From an uncultured Verrucomicrobiota bacterium (GTDB lineage: Bacteria; Verrucomicrobiota; Kiritimatiellia; PWTM01): a DNA stretch of 64,000 nt. Shown here one piece after another: positions 57,045 to 64,000 of the stretch. The stretch spans positions 2,125-66,124 of the forward strand of contig CAYODK010000006.1 of NCBI GenBank assembly GCA_964402695.1, in the 5' to 3' direction. The notes under the pieces were generated by a model, which searched no databases, was not told the origin of the DNA, and saw nothing but the letters and a program-made list of their open reading frames with translations. The position numbers and the translations under genes were made by a program. How positions within the stretch are numbered: position 1 is the stretch's first letter; every line of letters starts with the position of its first letter.

Positions 57045-58378
57045 GAAGGCGGGCCCGAACTGCTCCTTCGCCGAAAGCCGAGCCGCCCGAAGTACCGCCG
57101 CGCGTGTCCCGACAGGAGCGATCGGACCGGCGGGAGGTGGTCGAGCCAGGGAGGAGGAAGCCCGAGCGGGGAGCGGACGGTCCCGGGCGGCCGCCGGAAG
57201 GAACCCGTCGAAAGGTCGTGCCAGACCTGATCGAATAGCGCCGTGTAGGCGTCGACCATTCCATCGAGGTTGAATCTGTCGGCGACGGTGCGGTGAGCCG
57301 CCGCGCCCATCGCGGCTCGTCGAACCGGGTCGGACTGCAGGACTTCGAGCCGGGCAGCGAAGGTTCTCACGTCACCAACACGGACTCGGAAGCCGTTCTC
57401 GCCGTCGGCGACGAGCTCCGGGATGCCGCTTCTGATGTCGGAAACGACCGGCACGCAACCTCGGCTCATCGCCTCCAGGAGCGCGAGGGGCAGCCCTTCG
57501 AACTCGGACGCGAGGACGAAGGCGTCGGCCCGTTCGAGCTCGAGGAGGATGTCGTCGTTGGAGAGCGTGCCCAGGAGACTGGCCTGGCCACGACCGACGA
57601 GGTCTCCGAGGGCCCGTTCGAGATTCGTCCGATCCGCTCCGTTCCCCGCGATTCGCAGCTCGAAGGGGACGCCCTGGAGCGCCAGATGTCGAGCGATGGC
57701 GGCGACGTCGAGGACACGCTTCTGGTGCTGGACGATCCGGCCCGCGTAGACGATTCTGAGGGGGGCACCCGGGCGGGAGACGCGCTCGGGGAAGGCCTCC
57801 GGGCATGGAATCCCGTACGGGATCGTTCGCATCCGAGGGACCAGGCGGGGCGTCTGTTTCGCGATTGCCGCGGACACGGCGTCGCTGACCGCGACGATGC
57901 CGTTCCAGGAGGCGCCGAGTCTCGCAACGTGTTCGTAGTGGTCCGGGTCGTCGCTGTGGGCTATGCCGACGACGGCGACGGAATCCGGGAGGACCGGGCT
58001 GACCCCGGAATACGCGTAATCGTAGTTGGGGATGTAGACGCACGGCGAGAGCTCGGCAAGGTAGCGCCCGAGAGTGCTCCACCGCTCGTTCCATCGATGG
58101 TGAAGACGGACCGGGAGTCGATCGAAGCGGAGATCGGCAGGGAGGGGAATGGGGTTCGTCCGGCGTGTCGACGGCCTCGTGAACAACAGGCGGGCATCGA
58201 AACCGCGCGATCCCAGCGCACGCGCCATGTGGAACGAGAACGTGTCTACACCGCTCAGCTCCCCGGAAGTCAACCCGATCACGACCCGGTATTCCGGGCC
58301 GTCCTTACGGGCAGAGCCATTTCGCGGTTGGGCCGGTTCCGCGAATCGACGGTTCATGACGTCTGTCCCCATTATCAT
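57041..58378 (-). CDS. GT-B glycosyltransferase (GT4), third paralog of the tandem repeats in the upstream fusion
   Basis: Same subfamily signatures (EFEGLPLALLEAMSRGCVPVVSDIRSGIPELV). ATGA-coupled to the fusion gene. Confidence 0.8.
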   Translation of the reverse strand: MIMGTDVMNRRFAEPAQPRNGSARKDGPEYRVVIGLTSGELSGVDTFSFHMARALGSRGFDARLLFTRPSTRRTNPIPLPADLRFDRLPVRLHHRWNERWSTLGRYLAELSPCVYIPNYDYAYSGVSPVLPDSVAVVGIAHSDDPDHYEHVARLGASWNGIVAVSDAVSAAIAKQTPRLVPRMRTIPYGIPCPEAFPERVSRPGAPLRIVYAGRIVQHQKRVLDVAAIARHLALQGVPFELRIAGNGADRTNLERALGDLVGRGQASLLGTLSNDDILLELERADAFVLASEFEGLPLALLEAMSRGCVPVVSDIRSGIPELVADGENGFRVRVGDVRTFAARLEVLQSDPVRRAAMGAAAHRTVADRFNLDGMVDAYTALFDQVWHDLSTGSFRRPPGTVRSPLGLPPPWLDHLPPVRSLLSGHARRYFGRLGFRRRSSSGPPS

Positions 58379-58390
58379 ATCGCCTGCCGA

Positions 58391-61300
58391 ATGAAACGAG
58401 CGCTCTTGTTCGTGTTGACGCTTCTCTGCGGGGCGAACGTCGCAGGAGCACCGGCAGGCACCGTTCCGTCGGCGGAGTTTCTTCGCGAGTTGCAGAAACG
58501 ATCCTTCGCGACGTGGACCTCCAGGTCAGAGCAGGAAATCCTCGAACTGTACGACCCGGGCGCGGATGTCGTCCTCTACGGCCCGCAGCTTGCTCGTTTC
58601 GTCGGTGCGCAGGGGCACGTCTCCTTCCTGCTGAGCCTGGTGCGGGACTGGCAGTTCTGCGAGTTCGTCCCGACCGGAGAGCCTTTCGTCGTCGCGGGGC
58701 GCGATCTGGCCTCGACGGCCACAACCTGGAGGTTGGAAGGGGTCACGAGGGATGGGCGTCCGGTCACATACGAAGGACGATGGACGAATGTCTGGGTTCG
58801 GAAAGGCGGCCGCTGGCTGATCGCGCACGAGCACGTCTCTTTCACCAGCTTTCCTGCGGTAGCCTCCTCTGCCATTCAGGGGACTCCCGTGCCCCGCCTT
58901 CCCGGTCTCCCCGAGCCGTCCCGCCTTCCCCTCCTCGAGCAGGAAGGATCTCCGTCGTCGACGGGCCGGCTCTCGAGCGCGCCTCTGATCGGCCTGGTCC
59001 TTTCGGTAGTGGCGATACTGCTCTGCGGATGGGCCGTCATGGCCGTTCGGAAGCAGGCGCGTGGCTCGCTGCTCGGCATGGCTGCTGCGCGGTCCCGTGG
59101 GAGGCTCGTCGGGCTCCTCTTGCGGATTGGACTACGGGTCGAATCGGTGGACGGCCTCGGGCGGACGCCCCTGATGATGGCCGCGAAAGCCGGGAAGGTC
59201 GACATCTGCCAGAGACTGCTCGCAGCGGGCGCGAGGGTGGATGCGCAGGACGAGTACGGAGCGACAGCCTTGCACCATGCGGCGGTCGGCGGAGACCTCG
59301 CAACGGTCGCGCTACTCCTCGAGAGCGGGGCAGACCCCCTGACCGAGACGCCCATGGGAAGGACCGCTGCCGACATCGCGGCTCTTCTCCATCAGGAGCG
59401 CATCTCAGATCTGCTTGCGTCGGCCACAGCGGCGGCAGGAGGCTCTCAGCCCCGTCCGGCCCTGGATCGCCCGCGCAGTCCCGGGCCTCAGCGAATCCGC
59501 GGCGCCTCTTGTCCGCGCTGCTCGGAGTCGCACAGGCTCGTGCTGTCCAGAAGCTACCGTCGCTGGGAAGTCCTCGTTCGGCGCGTCCTGCCCCTCGAGT
59601 TCGTACGCTGTCCCTCCTGCCTGTGGAGAGGCGCCCTCTCGAAGCGGTCGTTCTCTCTCGAGAGCCCTCCGCCAGGGGGTGTCGAGAGCGTACCTTCGAG
59701 CGACGTCGCCCCCTCCGATCGGCCGGAGCCGATGCCGGCGCCGGCGCCGCGGCCTGCAGAGGGTGGCAAGCTCCATCCACGGATCGACGGGGTCTCTTGC
59801 CCGAAGTGCGGCGCCGCGGGTGGGCTCGTTCTCTCGAGAAGCAGACGTTCGTGGGAAAACGCCGTGCGCAGCCTCCTCCCCTTGCAGTTCGTTCGGTGCC
59901 ACCGCTGCCGCTGGCGTGGCCCTGTTCACATGCATCGTCGCGGCGTGTCAGCCCCCGCGAGCCTCGGCGAGTCCGCCACTCCGGGTGGCTCGCGGCCAGA
60001 ACGAACGTCGTGGCCGGGCAGCCTCATCGTCGTCCTCGTCGCGCTCGCCCTGGTGGACCTCTTTCTCCTGGTGCGCCTGTTCCCGCCCTTGACGACGGAC
60101 GAGGTCTACTTCAAGGGAACGGCGTATCACCTGGCGACCACCGGGCGATGGGCGAACCCGTTTGTGGGACTGGCCGGGAACGGACCGGGTGATGGGCTCG
60201 TCCCGTATCCGCCCCTGTTCATGGTCGCTCTTGCCGGATGGTTCAAATTGTTCGGCCTGGGAGGCTATCAGAACCATGCGTTCGTCCTCCTGCTTCACTG
60301 GATGACCGCTCTTCTCGCTGGCGTCCTGACGCTCCGGCTCGTGGAGACGCGTCGAGGTCTCTGGGCTTCGATGGCCGCGATCGGAGCCTTCTGCTATTAC
60401 CGGCTGGATCGGACCGACGTCCTCGCCGGCGTCCTCGTCCTTGCCAGCGTCCTCCTCCTGCTAGAGTCGCTCGATGGCTCGGCCGGGCACGGCTCGCGGG
60501 CACGGCCCGTGCTCCTGCTCGGGCTCCTCGCGACGTTTCTGGTCGGCCCCGCGGCGACGCTTCTCTATGGCGCGGTCCTGTCCGTCTTCGTGATCCGCAG
60601 CGGGCTAGCTTGGGTGAGCGTTCGATCGCTGCTGCTGCAGCTCGCCTCGTGTGCCCTCCTCGCTGTCGCGAGCTCGTGGGCGCTTTCTGCGGAGACATTC
60701 AGCACGCTCGCCCGGCAGATCCTTGGTGCCGTCGCCACGGGACTTCGTCATCCGTTCCGTCTGACCGGAGCCTTCTCCTGGTCGGACGCCGTGTTCGTGC
60801 CGTGGTTCGTCGCGCTCGGGATCGCGCTCCTCCTTTCCCGCAGAACGCCTGCGGGAGCAGACCGCTCCAGACGAGCCGTCGCTCTCGCCGAAGCGACGAT
60901 CTTCGGTGTGCTCGTCTGGCTCTTGTTGACCCCCAAGGCCGGCACCTATTTGCACCTGCTCTTACCCCTGGCGGTCGTCGCGGTCGTGGCGATCACAGCG
61001 GGGCTGTTCCCCCGGGCCAGGCTGGCGCCGGTGGCGATCGCTCTGGGATGCCTGCTGCCCGGCCTCCTGCTCGCACTGCTCACCCTTGCACGCGCGACGA
61101 CGATCGATGACAGGGAGCGCTACTCGAGTGCGGCGAAGGCGGTGGAGAAGTACGTGCCAGCGGGGGAGCTCGTTGCCGGCGACGGGTGCCTCTGGACGGT
61201 CTTCGCTGGACGAAACCCCTTCGTCGACGCGGGCTGGGCGCCTCACGCGGCAAGGGACGCCCGGTGGATCGTCTCGACGGGAATCGGGACGGGCCGGGCG

Positions 61301-61507
61301 GGCCTGAGCGTCGTCGAGGCGCGCCCGGGAGTTCTTCGTGGCGGGGAGGAGGTCGTTTTCGACGGGATACTCAGGGAGCCGCAGCGCATTTCCGGCATCC
61401 CTCTCGGCCGCAGCCGGCTCGGATACGGAATTCGGATCTACCGTTCGCCGGCGGCACCGGACCTGCAGCGCGGCTCGGCCGCTCGAGCCGAAGGAACCGT
61501 GCGATGA
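58391..61507 (+). CDS. Multi-domain membrane protein: NTF2-like (DUF4440) exported domain, TM, ankyrin repeats, two CxxC...CxxC zinc-ribbon-like repeats, C-terminal GT-C-like (ArnT/PMT-type) polytopic glycosyltransferase domain
   Basis: Signal peptide MKRALLFVLTLLCGANVAGA. ANK motifs GRTPLMMAAKAGKVDICQRLLAAGA and GATALHHAAVGGDLATVALLL. Duplicated CPRCSESHRLVLSRSYRRWE...CPSCLWRG and CPKCGAAGGLVLSRSRRSWE...CHRCRWRG. About 11 C-terminal TM helices with YFKGTAYHLATTGRWANPF. A single uninterrupted 1038-aa frame. Confidence 0.6.
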   Translation: MKRALLFVLTLLCGANVAGAPAGTVPSAEFLRELQKRSFATWTSRSEQEILELYDPGADVVLYGPQLARFVGAQGHVSFLLSLVRDWQFCEFVPTGEPFVVAGRDLASTATTWRLEGVTRDGRPVTYEGRWTNVWVRKGGRWLIAHEHVSFTSFPAVASSAIQGTPVPRLPGLPEPSRLPLLEQEGSPSSTGRLSSAPLIGLVLSVVAILLCGWAVMAVRKQARGSLLGMAAARSRGRLVGLLLRIGLRVESVDGLGRTPLMMAAKAGKVDICQRLLAAGARVDAQDEYGATALHHAAVGGDLATVALLLESGADPLTETPMGRTAADIAALLHQERISDLLASATAAAGGSQPRPALDRPRSPGPQRIRGASCPRCSESHRLVLSRSYRRWEVLVRRVLPLEFVRCPSCLWRGALSKRSFSLESPPPGGVESVPSSDVAPSDRPEPMPAPAPRPAEGGKLHPRIDGVSCPKCGAAGGLVLSRSRRSWENAVRSLLPLQFVRCHRCRWRGPVHMHRRGVSAPASLGESATPGGSRPERTSWPGSLIVVLVALALVDLFLLVRLFPPLTTDEVYFKGTAYHLATTGRWANPFVGLAGNGPGDGLVPYPPLFMVALAGWFKLFGLGGYQNHAFVLLLHWMTALLAGVLTLRLVETRRGLWASMAAIGAFCYYRLDRTDVLAGVLVLASVLLLLESLDGSAGHGSRARPVLLLGLLATFLVGPAATLLYGAVLSVFVIRSGLAWVSVRSLLLQLASCALLAVASSWALSAETFSTLARQILGAVATGLRHPFRLTGAFSWSDAVFVPWFVALGIALLLSRRTPAGADRSRRAVALAEATIFGVLVWLLLTPKAGTYLHLLLPLAVVAVVAITAGLFPRARLAPVAIALGCLLPGLLLALLTLARATTIDDRERYSSAAKAVEKYVPAGELVAGDGCLWTVFAGRNPFVDAGWAPHAARDARWIVSTGIGTGRAGLSVVEARPGVLRGGEEVVFDGILREPQRISGIPLGRSRLGYGIRIYRSPAAPDLQRGSAARAEGTVR

Positions 61508-62613
61508 GCGTCGCGCTCGCCGAGCTCGAGGAGAAGGCGGAGGGCCTCGTCTCTTACCTGGAGTCGAGGCTTCGGAAACAGGGTCGGTTCCGCACGCTTC
61601 GTCGGTTCCTCGGCGACGTGGGGAGCTACGCGAGGCCCACTGAGTACGACGGCTGGTACGAGTTCGGGGACTGCCCGTTTGCGGCGGCGAGCATCGCCAT
61701 CCACTTGCCCTTCCTCGGGGACGAGCGCCTCGCCGAACTCGGTCGACAGGTCTGCGAATACCTCGTCCCGGCGCTCGAAAATGGGATCGCGCGGTACGCG
61801 ATGCGGAGAGACGGGCCGATTCCATTCCCGGCAGACGTTGAGGACACGTGCCTCGTCGGCGCCGCGCTTCGGGCCAATGGCTTTCCGGTCGCCTTGAACG
61901 TGAACATGATCGCGGCCAACGTCGATTCGCGCGGACGCTTCTACACCTGGCTTGTGCCCCGGCTGCGCCATTTGCGCCATCCTCGCAACTTCCTCTGGCT
62001 CTGCCGGGACCAGAGGCGTTGCCGAGCGCTCATGAAGTCATACGGGACTTCGCGCGGCCGTCTCTCACAGATGGCGAACGAGTATCGAATCAGCCGCGAG
62101 CCGGCGGTCGCTGCGAATGTGCTTCTCTGTCCCGAGGTTCGCGGACGGTGTCCGGCGGCCGTCACGGCTCTGGTGGAGCAGGTCCTCGATGGAGACATGC
62201 CGCAGCAGTACTACGGAAGTCGGCTTGCTGCCTGGTTTCACCTGGCGCGGCTGTCTGCGGCTCGCGTCGAGCCGATCGGTGCCATCAAGGCCATCGCTGC
62301 GAAGGAGCTTGCGTTGGCCCAGAGGGAGGATGGCTCCTGGGGTACTCCGTTTCAAACGGCCATGGGTTTGCTGGCCTCGATGTACCTCGGTATCGGGAGC
62401 GCTGAGTCGCGCGAGCGAGGGGTCCGGAATCTCCTGAGACTCGAATGGCACGAGAAGGGCTGGGTCCCCTTTCCGTACTACAACGACCTCTACGACGTCT
62501 TCGAGGACGGAAGTGCCGAGCTCACAGCCGTTCTGGTCCTGGAAGCTCTCCTGCGCTGGCGATCGTCCCGTGGGGAACGAGGAGACCCCGTCGCGACCTT
62601 CACCGCTCTATAG
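61504..62613 (+). CDS. Hypothetical protein, possibly alpha/alpha-toroid (prenyltransferase/terpene-cyclase-like, QxxDGSW motif)
   Basis: ATGA-coupled to the upstream gene. QREDGSWGTPF resembles QW motifs. Weak. Confidence 0.35.
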   Translation: MSVALAELEEKAEGLVSYLESRLRKQGRFRTLRRFLGDVGSYARPTEYDGWYEFGDCPFAAASIAIHLPFLGDERLAELGRQVCEYLVPALENGIARYAMRRDGPIPFPADVEDTCLVGAALRANGFPVALNVNMIAANVDSRGRFYTWLVPRLRHLRHPRNFLWLCRDQRRCRALMKSYGTSRGRLSQMANEYRISREPAVAANVLLCPEVRGRCPAAVTALVEQVLDGDMPQQYYGSRLAAWFHLARLSAARVEPIGAIKAIAAKELALAQREDGSWGTPFQTAMGLLASMYLGIGSAESRERGVRNLLRLEWHEKGWVPFPYYNDLYDVFEDGSAELTAVLVLEALLRWRSSRGERGDPVATFTAL

Positions 62614-62789
62614 CGGTCCCGCTTGCGGCCGCGATCTCGCTCCGAGGGACACGGAGGCGACCGAGGCCACTGGAACGTCGGAGGCGGGAGCCGCCTGGCC
62701 GGCCTCTCCGGTGCTCCCGCCGAGCCAACCGACGGCGGGGGGCGAGGCACCGGCCCTGCTCGAGCGCACGGGATACGCGAAAAGAGGGC

Positions 62790-63815
62790 TCATCGAGGTG
62801 GGCCGAAGGAGGCGAGGTCGATGGTCACGTTCCGTTGCCCTTCGAAGAGGAGGGGACAGGACGAGCAGACCCCGCTGCCAGAGGCGAGCGCCCGCCGCAG
62901 GGCCTCAAATGGTTCCGAGCCCCATATTTCGTCGAGTCGTTGTCGTGAGAGGTCGCCCAGCTTCTCGGACGCTCGCCGCGGGTTGACCAGAGTGAACCAG
63001 CACGGGTAGACGCTTCCATCGATAGCGACATTCACCTGGTCCGTCGGAAAGCGACAGGGCCGGAACTCGTACTCTCTCGGGCCGGTGAACTGGACTTCTA
63101 TTCCCAGTCTTGCGGCCTCTTTCGTCGCAGCCGCGAGCACGGCGCGGAACGCGGGGCTCTCCAGGTCCACGCGCGGCCCATCGTAGTCGCTCAGGTAGTA
63201 GGTGCTCATGAAGTACACCCGGTACATCCCCAGCTTCGCGGCGAAGGCGACCGCTCCCGGCATGTCCGCGACGGTGTCGGACGTCACCACCCAGGCCACG
63301 CTGCAGGCAGGACGGGCCGAGGACCGAAGGCGCTTGACTTCGTTCAACTGTGCGATGCTCCCGAGCACCCTCCCGAAAGCGTCGCTCTGCCTGACTCGCC
63401 GGTAGCTCTCCGCGTCGAGGGTCTCGATCGAGACGATGACCTCGTCGACGCCGATCTCTACGAGCGTCGCGATGTCCGCGGGCGTCGGCAGAGAGAAGTT
63501 CGTGAAGAAGCTCATGTGCAGATCGGGATGCGTCTTCCGGGCATGCGAGAGAATCGCGGTGAACTCCGGGTTCGTGAAGGGCTCGCCCAGCCCGAAGAAG
63601 ACCAGCCCGGGAAGGAAGCCGCCTCCGAAACCCAGGTTCCCGAGGATTCTTTGGAAGACCTCGAGGGACATCGCGGTCCCCACCTGCTGAGGCAACTTCT
63701 GCCGAATGCAGTGAATGCACCGGAAGTTGCAGCGGGTAGTGATCTCCACATAGCAGACGGAAGGAAGCCCGGGCGCCGGGGTTTCGGAAGGAGGCGTTCG
63801 ATGCCCTTCACTCAT
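62790..63815 (-). CDS. Radical SAM enzyme with a C-terminal SPASM/twitch-like Cys cluster
   Basis: CNFRCIHC (CxxxCxxC) near the N-terminus, GLGEP, C-terminal CxxxxxxCxxC. 341 aa. Confidence 0.8.
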   Translation of the reverse strand: MSEGHRTPPSETPAPGLPSVCYVEITTRCNFRCIHCIRQKLPQQVGTAMSLEVFQRILGNLGFGGGFLPGLVFFGLGEPFTNPEFTAILSHARKTHPDLHMSFFTNFSLPTPADIATLVEIGVDEVIVSIETLDAESYRRVRQSDAFGRVLGSIAQLNEVKRLRSSARPACSVAWVVTSDTVADMPGAVAFAAKLGMYRVYFMSTYYLSDYDGPRVDLESPAFRAVLAAATKEAARLGIEVQFTGPREYEFRPCRFPTDQVNVAIDGSVYPCWFTLVNPRRASEKLGDLSRQRLDEIWGSEPFEALRRALASGSGVCSSCPLLFEGQRNVTIDLASFGPPR

Positions 63816-64000
63816 TCTCGACTCCTCGGCCCGGCGTGCCGGTGTGGACGGGGCAAGAGGCGAACACGGTGGGACTCGGGGGTAGGCGCGTTCATGGCGG
63901 GAGCCTCTCGGAACGAGGTGGCTCGGGCAGGGCCGGCACCGCGCATCCGTGGCTCAATCCTCCCATTCGACCGCGACCTCGACGAGGTCGCCTGCAAGCG
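63812..64000 (-). CDS. 3' end of an upstream gene truncated by the window edge (unknown product), translationally coupled (ATGA) to the radical SAM gene
   Basis: The ORF runs into the window end, so only about 61 C-terminal codons are visible. It is Arg/Pro-rich and could instead be a non-coding GC artefact. Confidence 0.2.
   Translation of the reverse strand, partial: RLQATSSRSRSNGRIEPRMRGAGPARATSFREAPAMNAPTPESHRVRLLPRPHRHAGPRSRE

Noticed and set aside
57293-58390. N-terminal 366 codons of track ORF 57293-61507.
   Set aside because: They are antisense to the GT4 gene 57041-58378. A genuine signal peptide and RBS context begin at 58391.

Overview
This is a high-GC (about 68-70%) bacterial chromosomal segment that is almost entirely a cell-surface polysaccharide biosynthesis region, read mostly on the + strand. 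Many adjacent genes overlap start-to-stop by 1-4 nt (ATGA, GTGA, TTGA, TGATG), suggesting long translationally coupled operons.

Three sub-regions can be told apart:
- Region A (about 780-34600) is an ABC-transporter-dependent glycan pathway. It runs from a WecA/MraY-type initiating transferase through a SxtJ / DUF5989 / decayed carbamoyltransferase trio, an SGNH plus MBOAT O-acetylation pair, many GT-B (Pfam Glycos_transf_1, CAZy GT4) and GT-A (GT2) glycosyltransferases, several SAM methyltransferases (one FkbM type), an AsnB-like amidotransferase, a pyruvyl transferase, Wzm/Wzt with a C-terminal glycan-binding extension, an O-antigen ligase-like membrane protein, an acyltransferase-3 protein and an intact carbamoyltransferase.
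- Region B (about 35690-51660) is a Wza / Wzc (BY-kinase) / CpsB-type phosphatase export unit with an outer-membrane beta-barrel, an O-antigen ligase family protein, an OmpA-type lipoprotein, a cellulose-synthase-like processive GT2 and a GT4.
- Region C (about 51540-63815) is an unusual module: an SGNH/TPR protein, a UbiA-prenyltransferase-like domain fused to two tandem GT4 domains, a third GT4 paralog, a giant NTF2-like / TM / ankyrin / 2x zinc-ribbon / GT-C fusion protein, an alpha-toroid-like hypothetical, and a radical SAM/SPASM enzyme.

Three type II toxin-antitoxin pairs sit inside these loci: Phd/YefM-VapC flanked by direct repeats at 1-750, BrnT/BrnA, and an AbrB-type VapB-VapC.

The most striking structure is at 34469-35702. 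The last roughly 140 bp of the intact carbamoyltransferase gene is present three times as direct repeats, delimiting two small cargo cassettes (BrnTA and a small ORF). This looks like serial site-specific insertion at a gene-3'-end att site with no integrase in the insert. The cassette boundaries are hand-aligned and approximate to a few bp.

Other notable features are a G11 homopolymer exactly at an inter-domain linker of the UbiA-GT4-GT4 gene, a carbamoyltransferase pseudogene with three independent lesions, and two genes whose conserved N-termini begin at CTG next to the upstream stop codon. I recognised no rRNA, tRNA or CRISPR. Many long antisense or alternate-frame ORFs in the supplied track are GC-content artefacts.
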